Shown here piece by piece: positions 54,882 to 64,000 of a stretch of 64,000 nt of DNA (position 1 is its first letter; each line of letters opens with the position of its first letter). Origin of the DNA: an uncultured Gammaproteobacteria bacterium. Lineage in GTDB: Bacteria > Patescibacteriota > Patescibacteriia > UBA9934 > GWF2-40-263. The notes under the pieces are model-generated. The model did not search any database. It had not been told where the DNA came from and saw only the letters and a list, made by a program, of their open reading frames with translations. The position numbers and the translations under genes are program-made. Location of the stretch: NCBI GenBank assembly GCA_964402425.1, contig CAYOCD010000001.1:4349-68348 (forward strand), written 5' to 3'.

Positions 54882-55964
54882 TTATAACTCCACAAAACTA
54901 TTGTCTCCAATCACTAATCGATGCCCTGTCTTTGGATGAGATCTGGCAACATCTACAAGCGTAGCATTTGTTCCAATCAAACTGTTTACAATACGACGTG
55001 TTGTATCAATCGTTGCTCCGTCAAAAATAATAGAATGTTCTACTTCTGTATCACAGATTTTCACGTTATTTCCAATGGCTGTGTATGGTCCAATATAAGA
55101 TGAAGTGATCTCACAATTCTCACCAATAACGACTGGTCCACGAATAAGTGTATCTTCGCTCACACGTGTTCCCTTTCCAATGGAAACTTGTCCTTGAATT
55201 TGTGTTTCTGGATGTACATCGCCATTCATCAAGAAATACTCACGAGGAAGATCGTCCATGATCAGCGCATTTCCTTCAATAAGGGCGTCTGGTGTTCCGG
55301 TATCTTTCCACCAACCCGTAATTTCTTCGTGTCCAGTTTTTCCGTTTGCAATATACCAAGAAATCACATCTGCAATTTCATATTCACCACGTGCAGACGG
55401 AGCCATTGTCTTGAAGACTTCAAAATACGTCTGATCGAAGAAATAAATTCCTGTCACTGCAAATGGTGAAGGTGGATCTTTTGGTTTCTCCACCATATGA
55501 GTCAATTTCCCCACTTCATCGAACACAGGAACTCCGAAACGATGTGGATCTTTCACTCTTGAGAGCGCAATCAAACAATCGAGTTCTTCGTTTTGAAATC
55601 GGTCAACCAAATGATTGATGCCGCCTAAAATAATGTTGTCGCCAAGAAAGAAGAGAAAACGTTCGCCGCGCAAATACTCTTCTGCATTTGCCACCGCGTG
55701 TGCAATCCCCTTTGCCCCGCCACGCTGTTCAAGATACTGAATGTTCGCCCCAAACTCAGCACCATCACCAAGCGCATCACGCATCATCTGAATCTCACCC
55801 GGATTCACGTTGACAATAATCTCTTTAATACCCGCATCCGTAATCTTTTTGATCACATACCACAACATAGGATGATTCGCGAGTGGAATCAAATGTTTGT
55901 TGCGTGTCCAGGTAATCGGACGAAGGCGGGTGGCGTGTCCGCCAGCGGCAATAAGAGCTTTCAT
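54882..55964 (-). CDS. Sugar-phosphate nucleotidyltransferase with a C-terminal left-handed beta-helix (long-form RmlA / glucose-1-phosphate thymidylyltransferase-like)
   Basis: N-terminal MKALIAAGGHATRLRPIT (the G-x-G-T-R-L motif) plus C-terminal hexapeptide repeats. Confidence 0.7.
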   Translation of the reverse strand: MKALIAAGGHATRLRPITWTRNKHLIPLANHPMLWYVIKKITDAGIKEIIVNVNPGEIQMMRDALGDGAEFGANIQYLEQRGGAKGIAHAVANAEEYLRGERFLFFLGDNIILGGINHLVDRFQNEELDCLIALSRVKDPHRFGVPVFDEVGKLTHMVEKPKDPPSPFAVTGIYFFDQTYFEVFKTMAPSARGEYEIADVISWYIANGKTGHEEITGWWKDTGTPDALIEGNALIMDDLPREYFLMNGDVHPETQIQGQVSIGKGTRVSEDTLIRGPVVIGENCEITSSYIGPYTAIGNNVKICDTEVEHSIIFDGATIDTTRRIVNSLIGTNATLVDVARSHPKTGHRLVIGDNSFVEL

Positions 55965-56136
55965 ATAGCCGGACTTTAGCGTGTGAGAGACGATTCGTCA
56001 ACGGACAGACATGTCCTGAAATCCCATCCAAGCTTATCCTCGCAAGCTCAAAATCTATAAAAACCCTCCTGAATTACCTCGATTATGAGGCGACGGAACC
56101 TTATCCGCCAAATAAAAAAAGGCCACGTATGACCCT

Positions 56137-57003
56137 TTAGGCTGTATCTGGTGTAAGTTCAATAAGCATGATCGTGACATCATCACTCGGCTCTGTTGGG
56201 GTATACATCTGAACAAGATGAAGAAACTTATCAAGAGACACGCTTTTAAACTCGCATGCAGCGACAAACGCACATTCAACAATGTCCGCCCCGCCATCCG
56301 AACACAAAGCAAACAGGTGTCGTTTTGAGGAATCAAGAGAAAATGTTTTCACTTCAGGAACGCACGTCACCAAAGGTGACATTTCTGGGTCTCCGAAACT
56401 CCGCGTCACACAAAGCCCGCGGATATGAGTTCTGCCAAATTCATCCTTATACACACGAGCAAGACGATTTGGCGTTCCTCTTACCGGAAGAAAGAAAAAA
56501 GCAGAATCTTCCATCAGCGGATAGACACGGGGAGAGAGACGACGAAATTCTTCCGGATGGTCTGGATGATGATCTTCTGTCATCCGTTCAAACGCGCGCG
56601 CACCATCTGGAGTAAACTGATAGAATCGACAATCACCGAGAAATAAAACATTTAGTTCATTTTCTGTGATTTTGACTCGTGTTGCAACGGCCCCCGCTTT
56701 TGAACGCGCAAACAACTTTGACACGTTCCGATTAATTACTTCACAAGAATCCACCGCAGGAGCATCCGCCCGATCTCGTAGCTCGCAAGCTACATAGCGG
56801 GCAAGCGCGTACGTTTCTTTGTTCACCCCAGGATCACCGTGCCCATCTGCCACCACAGCCACAAAAGGCCGTGCATGAGAGGATGAATGAGCAATAACGT
56901 CTTCTGTCATTGTTCCATGAAGGTTTCGTCCGTGTTTCGGAGCAGCATGAACACGCATATGAATCTTCATTTCCAACTCCATAAAAAGAACAATCCAACC
57001 CAA
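56137..57003 (-). CDS. PP2C-family Ser/Thr protein phosphatase
   Basis: VVADGHGDPG (the DGHGG-like motif), LGDCRF and CVTRSFGD (the RSIGD-like motif), and DGGADIV. Confidence 0.65.
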   Translation of the reverse strand: MGWIVLFMELEMKIHMRVHAAPKHGRNLHGTMTEDVIAHSSSHARPFVAVVADGHGDPGVNKETYALARYVACELRDRADAPAVDSCEVINRNVSKLFARSKAGAVATRVKITENELNVLFLGDCRFYQFTPDGARAFERMTEDHHPDHPEEFRRLSPRVYPLMEDSAFFFLPVRGTPNRLARVYKDEFGRTHIRGLCVTRSFGDPEMSPLVTCVPEVKTFSLDSSKRHLFALCSDGGADIVECAFVAACEFKSVSLDKFLHLVQMYTPTEPSDDVTIMLIELTPDTA

Positions 57004-57048
57004 GACTTAACATACAAAAAAGACCGGGTCAATGCCCGGTCTTTTCTT

Positions 57049-57906
57049 TTATTCCTCTCGCACCTGAATTTTTTTTGCCTCTGCGTATTTCATCATTGTA
57101 TCTCTGAGCGCCACATTCACGGGACGCATTTCAATTCCGTATTCCGCAAGGCGTGTATTCGACAAAAAATTATTTGAACGTCCTTTCTTTGCAAGCCCCT
57201 GTTCAACAAGGGCTGCGTTTGGAATCCACTCGCAAGAATGATTTGCGTCAACAAGTTCATGATACAAATCAAGAAGCTCGCGGTGTTTCATTGTGCCTGG
57301 ATTTGAGACATGAAAAATTCCGGTCGCCTTCTTCTCAAGCATCTGATGAAACACACCGATCATATCTTCAACGATTGTGACAGAGTTTTCAACATCAATC
57401 ACTTTTGGATACGTCGCGAGTTTATCGATCATGTTGTTACTCGACGGAATCCAATCGATCGGCATACGGACGCGTGCGATCCCAATATTCGGCAACGTTG
57501 AAAGCACAAGATCTGCTGCCCACTTAGCACGTGAGTAGACGGCAGATGGATTTCCATGATCCTCTTCTTTCCATGCACGATCCTCGTGTTGAGAATCTCC
57601 GTAGAAGATACAACCCGACCCCATGTGGAGCAGATAGAGTCCCATTTCTGCACACGCGTCCGCAAGGATCATGGGAAGGATCGCATTCCCGCGCATGGTC
57701 TCAAGTTGATGATCTTCGCACCAATCCACGTTTGGTTTTCCACGCACCCCCGCTGCATTCAAAATGACATCTGGTTGGTGTTTTGCAAATTCGGCAAGGG
57801 CGTCTTCTTTCGAGTGGATGCGCACATCAGACAAAATCGCTTCGTCCTTCCATGCATCCGCAAGGCGTTGGCCAAGATACCCTTTTCCAAAAATTAAAAT
57901 TTTCAT
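57049..57906 (-). CDS. RmlD-like NAD(P)-dependent sugar-nucleotide reductase/epimerase (dTDP-4-dehydrorhamnose reductase family)
   Basis: MKILIFGKGYLGQ Rossmann start, DVILNAAGV, a YSRAK catalytic dyad and a length of 285 aa. Confidence 0.6.
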   Translation of the reverse strand: MKILIFGKGYLGQRLADAWKDEAILSDVRIHSKEDALAEFAKHQPDVILNAAGVRGKPNVDWCEDHQLETMRGNAILPMILADACAEMGLYLLHMGSGCIFYGDSQHEDRAWKEEDHGNPSAVYSRAKWAADLVLSTLPNIGIARVRMPIDWIPSSNNMIDKLATYPKVIDVENSVTIVEDMIGVFHQMLEKKATGIFHVSNPGTMKHRELLDLYHELVDANHSCEWIPNAALVEQGLAKKGRSNNFLSNTRLAEYGIEMRPVNVALRDTMMKYAEAKKIQVREE

Positions 57907-58919
57907 ACGCTGTGACCTTTATGTTTATACTGCGACTCGTAATATTCTTTATACGCTCCAGACTTACAGTTTGCGATCCATTCTGGATTCTGTTTGTACC
58001 ATTCGATCGTTTGCGCAATTCCGTCTTCAAAATTCATCTTTGGCTCCCAGCCGAGTTCTGTTCTGAGCTTTTGGCTATTAAGGGCATATCGACGATCATG
58101 ACCTGGGCGATCAAGCACATACTCAAGATAAGATTCATCTCGACCCGCATGTTTCAACATCTGACGAATGAGTTCAATGTTCGGCATGCGATGTCCGGTT
58201 CCGATGTTATACGCCTCGCCAACATTTCCTTTCTGTGCAATTACATCAATCGCGCGACAGTGATCTTCTGTAAAGATCCATTCTCGCACTTGAAGACCAT
58301 CTCCATACACAGGAACCTTTTTTCCGTCGACGAGGTTGCAGGTAAATAACGGAATCAACTTTTCTGGAAACTGATACGGACCATAAAAGTTGACGGAGTG
58401 CGTAACAATCACCGGCGTTCCAAACGTAACAGCCGCCGCGTGACAGAGTAAATCTCCCGCCGCCTTTGAGGCTGCGTATGGACTGCGTGGTTCAAACGAT
58501 GCTTTCTCATCAGACTCACCTTCAAGAACCGCACCGTAAACTTCATCTGTTGAAATTTGCACGTAGCGCGGAATTTTATATTTACGAACAGCTTCAAGTA
58601 GATTATGCACGCCAATAACATTTGTCTGAACAAAAACATCCGGATCAAGAATCGATCGGTCAACATGTGTCTCCGCCGCATAGTTTATGAGCACATCTGC
58701 CCCTTTTGAAAGAAGAGCCTCAACATCCTCACGTTTGGAAATATTTCCTTTTACGAACGAGTAACGTGGATTTGAATCCAAATCTGCCAAATTCAACAAA
58801 TTCCCCGCGTACGTCAAATCATCAAAGTTTACCACTTCGACATCTTGATATTCACGCAAAAGATAGCGAATCATGTTTGACCCCATGAATCCCGCCCCGC
58901 CTGTAATGATAATTTTCAT
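57903..58919 (-). CDS. rmlB: dTDP-glucose 4,6-dehydratase
   Basis: MKIIITGGAGFMGSN, ISTDEVYG and YAASKAA motifs, with a 4-nt overlap with the downstream reductase gene. Confidence 0.85.
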   Translation of the reverse strand: MKIIITGGAGFMGSNMIRYLLREYQDVEVVNFDDLTYAGNLLNLADLDSNPRYSFVKGNISKREDVEALLSKGADVLINYAAETHVDRSILDPDVFVQTNVIGVHNLLEAVRKYKIPRYVQISTDEVYGAVLEGESDEKASFEPRSPYAASKAAGDLLCHAAAVTFGTPVIVTHSVNFYGPYQFPEKLIPLFTCNLVDGKKVPVYGDGLQVREWIFTEDHCRAIDVIAQKGNVGEAYNIGTGHRMPNIELIRQMLKHAGRDESYLEYVLDRPGHDRRYALNSQKLRTELGWEPKMNFEDGIAQTIEWYKQNPEWIANCKSGAYKEYYESQYKHKGHSV

Positions 58920-58931
58920 AGTGTCGGCATC

Positions 58932-59357
58932 TTATTTGCTCGATGAAATCTCGTCAACGCTCAATCGAATACGCTTTCCAAGTTCCGCAAGTTCCTCCGC
59001 TGTCACATCGCGATGTCCCCACATTTTATGACCATCGTCTGCAAATCGAGGGATGAAGTGAAAATGCGTTTTCATAATCACCTGCCCTGCAACAGCACCG
59101 TTGTTTGTCGTGAAATTGAAATCCGTTGCGCCCACAGATTGCAAAATCGCGGGTGCAAGTTTTTTTGCGATCGAGCACATATGGGCAAGAATTTCATCTG
59201 AAGTACTCATCATGTTCTCACACAATTCTTTTGGAACAAACAGCGTATGACCAGGATTTACCGGAAAGATATCCAGAAAAACAATCACCTGTTCATCTTC
59301 ATACAAAATCTCCGCAGGAATTTCTTTTCGAATAATTTTGTCAAAAATTGTATCCAT
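58932..59357 (-). CDS. HIT-family (histidine triad) nucleotide hydrolase
   Basis: HTLFVP and the triad HFHFIP. Confidence 0.85.
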   Translation of the reverse strand: MDTIFDKIIRKEIPAEILYEDEQVIVFLDIFPVNPGHTLFVPKELCENMMSTSDEILAHMCSIAKKLAPAILQSVGATDFNFTTNNGAVAGQVIMKTHFHFIPRFADDGHKMWGHRDVTAEELAELGKRIRLSVDEISSSK

Positions 59358-59359
59358 AC

Positions 59360-59746
59360 TTATTTATATTTTAGTAATCGAAGAACAAGAACAGGAATAA
59401 GAAACGAAACGAAACTAATCAAGACACGCCATCCCCCAAAAACACTTCCAAGATTCCACGTAAGCACAGCAGCAAAAATACCACAGAGGAACAAGAGAAC
59501 ATATTGAAGTTGTGGTCGATCTGTATATTCTTGTACAACAGATCCCCACCAAATCCCAAATACCATAATTCCAATTAAAAAGATGTGTACGGAAAAAAAC
59601 CGTGCAACAAATCCTGGACGGATCAGATCAAGCGCCCAAAACAATACATAGGACACAAGACTCACCAAAAATCCTGTTTGTGCCACAGCTGCTTGTTCTT
59701 CTCTTTCAAAATGCATCATAATTTCACGGACGATTAAATGAAGCAA
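59360..59746 (-). CDS. Small integral membrane protein (4 TM, 128 aa)
   Basis: ORF composed almost entirely of hydrophobic helices. Confidence 0.4.
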   Translation of the reverse strand: MLHLIVREIMMHFEREEQAAVAQTGFLVSLVSYVLFWALDLIRPGFVARFFSVHIFLIGIMVFGIWWGSVVQEYTDRPQLQYVLLFLCGIFAAVLTWNLGSVFGGWRVLISFVSFLIPVLVLRLLKYK

Positions 59747-61181
59747 ACAAGTTTTGATACCACAGCATCGGTGCGCGCCTCATGACAAGATCGATCTGTT
59801 TTACATCGACATGCGCCTGCAACTCCTCAATTTCCGGTGTGGAAAATGTAAACTTCCAACTTCCCTGATCAAGATAGAGTTGTTGTGCATCCAATCGAAC
59901 CGTCGCAACATTCCATCCATCACGGACTTCCGGTGGAGTATATTTTGCCAAAATATAATTCACGTGTAACGAATCAAGATCTGTGTGTGGTAAGAGGCGA
60001 ATGGAATCTGGACGAAAATACTGTGCTTCAGAAAACACAATCGGAGCATCTGTTAAAATCTCTACATCTTCTTTTGAAACAGTGACCGGAATCAATCCTT
60101 GTTCTTTTATCGACTCCGTTACCAATTGATACGGAGCGGGAATGTGCAATACACCGGAACCAATCTTCATCGTCTGAACACTTTCTGCGTGACGCGTCTG
60201 TGCAGAAAGACGTTTTGCTTCCGTCCAAAATGTGACCGGAGTGAATGATTCACGATATCCGGATACATCCCCAAGATACACTCCATTCAAAAAAACGATT
60301 TTTTGTTGTGTAGTCTTAATGGATCGCACAAAAATATCACGACTTGCTTGTACATCTATTTTATAAACACCTTCTGGCAACACCCCTGTTTCCACAAGAA
60401 CTGTTTTTAATGTTGTCGCCCGTTTATCCGACGATACATTCCCATCATCTTCCACGCGCACATGTAAAATCGGACGATTTGTTTCATCTGTCACACTTAT
60501 CAAGATCGGATCGGATCCGTTATCCCGATTCATATCCATATAGGAAAACTCGGCGTAAATCGGTTCTTGTTTCACATACACCTTACTTGTATGTGCCCCC
60601 CGCAAAGAAACGGAAATTGTTTGCGCTATTTTTGACGCAACATAATTTGGCAAACGAAACGGAATAAATAAATCTGTATGATAGGTTGCAATTTCATCGC
60701 GTGAGGGTGGGTGTGCAAAAAACTCCGCGACTGTTTTATATGTGGGTGTACGTTGCAACAACAAGGTCTCCCCTTCGTTTATACGCGACCACGGAGATTG
60801 ATCAATGATGAGATTTTGGAGTGTTCGTAAAAAATAACGCGGAGGATTCACGGAAGTGAGCGCACCAAACTCCACAATAGGCGTATCAACATTTTTAAAC
60901 CAAATCGTTGCATCAATCGTATCGAACGTACGATGCGGATGTACAAAGAAAAAAACAGGATCCCCCACAATCGTCTGAAACCAATTTTCGTCCGCATCTT
61001 TTTTAAGAACACCCACACGCTCATTTGGAGCAAGCGCGTCTATAAACGGAGACGCTTCTTCTAAGGAATGGGAAATGGCGAATGTTCCATTCGGGACAAA
61101 ATTTTTTACACCAAGCCAACCGAGAATACTTATCGGAATGAGAATCAATAAAAACTGAATGATGCGCGCAAACAGATGCAT
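59724..61181 (-). CDS. Hypothetical membrane-anchored extracytoplasmic protein (485 aa) adjacent to the GT-C glycosyltransferase
   Basis: N-terminal TM, then a large soluble domain. No family assigned. Confidence 0.45.
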   Translation of the reverse strand: MHLFARIIQFLLILIPISILGWLGVKNFVPNGTFAISHSLEEASPFIDALAPNERVGVLKKDADENWFQTIVGDPVFFFVHPHRTFDTIDATIWFKNVDTPIVEFGALTSVNPPRYFLRTLQNLIIDQSPWSRINEGETLLLQRTPTYKTVAEFFAHPPSRDEIATYHTDLFIPFRLPNYVASKIAQTISVSLRGAHTSKVYVKQEPIYAEFSYMDMNRDNGSDPILISVTDETNRPILHVRVEDDGNVSSDKRATTLKTVLVETGVLPEGVYKIDVQASRDIFVRSIKTTQQKIVFLNGVYLGDVSGYRESFTPVTFWTEAKRLSAQTRHAESVQTMKIGSGVLHIPAPYQLVTESIKEQGLIPVTVSKEDVEILTDAPIVFSEAQYFRPDSIRLLPHTDLDSLHVNYILAKYTPPEVRDGWNVATVRLDAQQLYLDQGSWKFTFSTPEIEELQAHVDVKQIDLVMRRAPMLWYQNLFASFNRP

Positions 61182-61193
61182 ACAGAAACAGAA

Positions 61194-62786
61194 TTACTCA
61201 ACGTTCTTTATGAGATACAACGACTCAACACCAAAAGTTTCAACAAATTCAATACGCAATGCCTGTGGTCCTAATTTCTGTTCATTCAAAAATTGAAGAT
61301 CTTTTTCTGGAAGTGTGATTCCGTAATAATACACAGGGACATGTTCAATAAGGTGAGGAAGCATTGTGTATGTGCGTTCTGATCGAAGCGGAACAAGCAC
61401 ATGACGCCCCGGGAAAAAAAGCTTGTCGGATCTGTCTGTGACAATCACCCCCTGTTCTGGAACGATCGCAAAGATGCGATCTTGAATGTCTTCTGATTGT
61501 TTTAATGTTGCTACCACGCGCACAAAAGCATCTTGTCCCACAAAAAAAACAATGCGCGCATTGAGCGCCCCCAAAATAAACAGACTCGTGCACAACAGAG
61601 CTACGGCAATCTTTTTAGATCGCACACGTTCAGACACCCAAACCAACGACGTGGCGATAAGAGGGGTCGACATCACAAAAACCGGAAGCCAATAGCGAAC
61701 ATAGGAATTGGCGATCGTGATTTGTGCTGGATCCGGATTATCATGCAGCCGCCAGCTTCCGTACCAGACACACACCCATCCCGCAACCAACACAGTAACG
61801 ATCGTATAGATCTTTTGCTTTTTTGTTTTCCAAACAATGGGGAGTGCATACAGCGCAGGAATTGTAAGCCACCAAAATAACAAAAAGAGGTAATCAAGTG
61901 TGTGCCAAAAAACGGCGCGTGGATGAAACCCAAACGGAAAAAGAAATGACATTTTTTCTGCAACATCTTCCTTTACAACATCTTGAACGATTGTGCTTTG
62001 GATCGATGAAACAAATGTATATCCGAACGTAAGTGGATGACCATATGTTAAGAAGTTCATGACAAACATGAGGACCAATACACTCGCAACCCCCGCTCCA
62101 AAAGACATGATACGTTGAACGGAAAAGGATGCCCGAAGCGTATATAAGAGAAAAATAAATAATGGGAGAAGCCAATAAACTTCCGAAAGACGAACAAAAA
62201 GAGCGAGTCCAAGAAACAACCCTGCAAAAAACGGAGCGATTTTTCCGGATACAGAAAAACGCACAAGAAACCAAGTGGAAAAAATAAGGCAACAAACAAA
62301 TAACACATTTGGCATCAATCCTCGTGCCGAGTAATACCAAACAGCCGGATGAAACAGAAACAGAAGACTGGAAAGAAGCGCAACACGCGCAGAAAACCAT
62401 TGCTCAATAATCTGCTTCCACGCCAGTGCCGCAACAAGAACAAGAATTGGCGTGAAAAATGTGAGCGACCATGATCCAAATATGTGTAAAAACATCCCGT
62501 ACAAAAATGCGAGTCCAAGAAAACTTCCCGGAATTAAATACGCACCGTCTGTAATGATTGATCGTGGATGCAAGACTCCCCCAAGTGTTTGATTCCATGC
62601 ATCAAACACACGAAACGAACCAGCTTGCTGAAGGGCGCGTGCAAAAAATGCACTCGCAGTTTCATCAGGGGAAATGAAAAGATGCGTGAAACGTGTGAGA
62701 TAAAACGTGGAAAGAAAAAAGATGAGGGCACACGCAATCCCTACTCCATACGTAGAAAAAAATTTTACAACAGATTTAAATCCCAT
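61194..62786 (-). CDS. GT-C fold glycosyltransferase (ArnT / PMT GT39/GT83-like)
   Basis: About 12 TM helices, with a conserved DE dyad in the first extracytoplasmic loop (ISPDETASAFFARAL). Confidence 0.55.
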   Translation of the reverse strand: MGFKSVVKFFSTYGVGIACALIFFLSTFYLTRFTHLFISPDETASAFFARALQQAGSFRVFDAWNQTLGGVLHPRSIITDGAYLIPGSFLGLAFLYGMFLHIFGSWSLTFFTPILVLVAALAWKQIIEQWFSARVALLSSLLFLFHPAVWYYSARGLMPNVLFVCCLIFSTWFLVRFSVSGKIAPFFAGLFLGLALFVRLSEVYWLLPLFIFLLYTLRASFSVQRIMSFGAGVASVLVLMFVMNFLTYGHPLTFGYTFVSSIQSTIVQDVVKEDVAEKMSFLFPFGFHPRAVFWHTLDYLFLLFWWLTIPALYALPIVWKTKKQKIYTIVTVLVAGWVCVWYGSWRLHDNPDPAQITIANSYVRYWLPVFVMSTPLIATSLVWVSERVRSKKIAVALLCTSLFILGALNARIVFFVGQDAFVRVVATLKQSEDIQDRIFAIVPEQGVIVTDRSDKLFFPGRHVLVPLRSERTYTMLPHLIEHVPVYYYGITLPEKDLQFLNEQKLGPQALRIEFVETFGVESLYLIKNVE

Positions 62787-63390
62787 ACGTAAATAAACTG
62801 ATCACAGCAAGCACAATCGCAAGAGCAAACGTTCCGATGGAAAACGGAATAAACAGATCAAACCCAACCCAAAGGGCAATTAACAACAAAGTGATGCCAA
62901 GTACTTGGAAAAACATTTTTGTTTTTCCAAAAATATTGGAACCCATATGCCGTCCTTGTTTTTTACGAAGATACCCCCCAATCATGATCATCGAATCTAC
63001 AAACAAAATAAGAGCACCAAAAATTGGATTGATATGCTGCATGACTACAAGGATAATCACAGATCCAATTAACAGCTTATCTGCGAGCGGATCATAAAAT
63101 GTTCCCCACTCTGTCACCTGATGACGCAATCGGGCAACAGAACCATCGAGAGCGTCTGTAAACGCCGCGAACAAAAAAAGCGGAACACCGATGTTAAACT
63201 GATCATAAAACAAAAAATACAACACGAACGGAACCATAACCATGCGTGCAATTGTAATCATGTTTGGTGTCACAAAACGCGGCACAAGCGGCACGAACGT
63301 ATAGCGCATGAAATAATCATGCGGGAACAATTTGCTGGGGTCGCGATGGAGCATATGATAAACTGAATGGGTATGCGAAGTCGATTCCAC
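62776..63390 (-). CDS. CDP-alcohol phosphatidyltransferase family protein (PgsA-like)
   Basis: The D-G-x2-A-R...G-x3-D-x3-D signature appears in DALDGSVARLRHQVTEWGTFYDPLADKLL. Confidence 0.8.
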   Translation of the reverse strand: MESTSHTHSVYHMLHRDPSKLFPHDYFMRYTFVPLVPRFVTPNMITIARMVMVPFVLYFLFYDQFNIGVPLFLFAAFTDALDGSVARLRHQVTEWGTFYDPLADKLLIGSVIILVVMQHINPIFGALILFVDSMIMIGGYLRKKQGRHMGSNIFGKTKMFFQVLGITLLLIALWVGFDLFIPFSIGTFALAIVLAVISLFTYGI

Positions 63391-64000
63391 TCTATCATCT
63401 TTCCCTCGCTTTTTCTAGCGTTTTTCAGCATAAACACCTTTCTTCTCACACAGCCAATTCTTGGCGCTTTTTTGCTCATTACCTACCTGATTTTCATTGG
63501 ATCACATCTTGGTATACAACGTTGGCGTGGCATTTGGATCGCCCTTTCTATCATCATGATTCTTGGGTCCATTGCCTATTACAGCGCATCTGTTCCTGCC
63601 ATTTTATTTCAAGGAATCGTTCTTTTCTCCACCATCGCAAGCGGAATCATCTCATTTCAGACAAAGACACAAGAACGGAACGATCACATCCAACCCATTC
63701 TCAAAAACGTCATTTCATCCATCCGAACCAATTTTGCCCCTCCTATTCTCATTGCGTCATTTTGCACTCTGTTTCTTCTTGTTCTCTTTTTTCGCATCCT
63801 TGATGCACACCCCATCGTAAACGCCGTCAGATCTCCATGGGATCAATTTTCTCCAGCAATACTCATTTTATTCGCTCTTGCCACCCTTCTTGTTTCTGTC
63901 TTGTTGTATCGTGGTCGTGAAAAAACCCTTTCCATTTTTCTCTTTACCTTACTCATCGGCTCTCTCTTTTCGTTTATCGCCATCAGTTATCCAATTGGGT
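63367..64000 (+). CDS. Polytopic membrane protein, partial (continues beyond the window end)
   Basis: Manual translation from the ATG at 63367 gives MGMRSRFHSIIFPSLFLAFF...ILGSIAYYSAS...LLIGSLFSFIAISYPIG with no stop before 64000. It is missing from the ORF track because it is open-ended. Confidence 0.5.
   Translation, partial: MGMRSRFHSIIFPSLFLAFFSINTFLLTQPILGAFLLITYLIFIGSHLGIQRWRGIWIALSIIMILGSIAYYSASVPAILFQGIVLFSTIASGIISFQTKTQERNDHIQPILKNVISSIRTNFAPPILIASFCTLFLLVLFFRILDAHPIVNAVRSPWDQFSPAILILFALATLLVSVLLYRGREKTLSIFLFTLLIGSLFSFIAISYPIG

Overview
This 64 kb window looks like a compact bacterial chromosome segment, mostly on the minus strand, at about 42-45% GC with weak or absent Shine-Dalgarno sequences. 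By inference it resembles a Patescibacteria/CPR-type or other small-genome lineage. Almost all of it is housekeeping:

- Partial ftsI at the left edge.
- dnaX, cysS and tRNA-Gln(CUG).
- An mraZ-rsmH-ftsL block that is separated from ftsI by about 14 kb.
- A uvrB / GIY-YIG / uvrA operon with uvrC nearby.
- A class II (B12-dependent) ribonucleotide reductase carrying an ATP cone, with two NrdR-box-like palindromes upstream.
- A NUDIX-cob(I)alamin adenosyltransferase fusion and an archaeal-type NMN adenylyltransferase.
- A MacAB/Lol-like ABC module: an HlyD-family adaptor, one ATPase and two separate FtsX permeases.
- rpmB, HU, CtpA, riboflavin kinase and a LOG-family protein.
- A cell-envelope / sugar-nucleotide cluster: RmlA-like, PP2C, RmlD-like, RmlB, HIT, a GT-C glycosyltransferase and a CDP-alcohol phosphatidyltransferase.

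Items worth a second look:

1. A 0.62 kb island at about 60% GC (2618-3238) with codon usage foreign to the host. It has its own near-consensus sigma70 promoter, a 155-nt leader and flanking inverted repeats, and is probably horizontally acquired.
2. A dispersed pyrimidine-rich repeat family (core CCTTTCCGCCC...TTCCCCT), six copies. Four sit in frame inside essential genes (dnaX, uvrA twice, nrdJ) and encode Gly/Glu/Arg/Lys linkers. Two straddle the stop codons of other genes.
3. A VirB4/TraG-like membrane-anchored P-loop ATPase flanked by small unknown genes.
4. Tandem structured 70-nt repeats and an 18-bp inverted repeat in the intergenic region around tRNA-Gln.
5. Several unusual domain fusions: 2H-phosphoesterase plus an unknown domain; Memo-like plus CapA; spermidine-synthase-like plus FemAB-like.

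No CRISPR array, transposase or integrase was seen.
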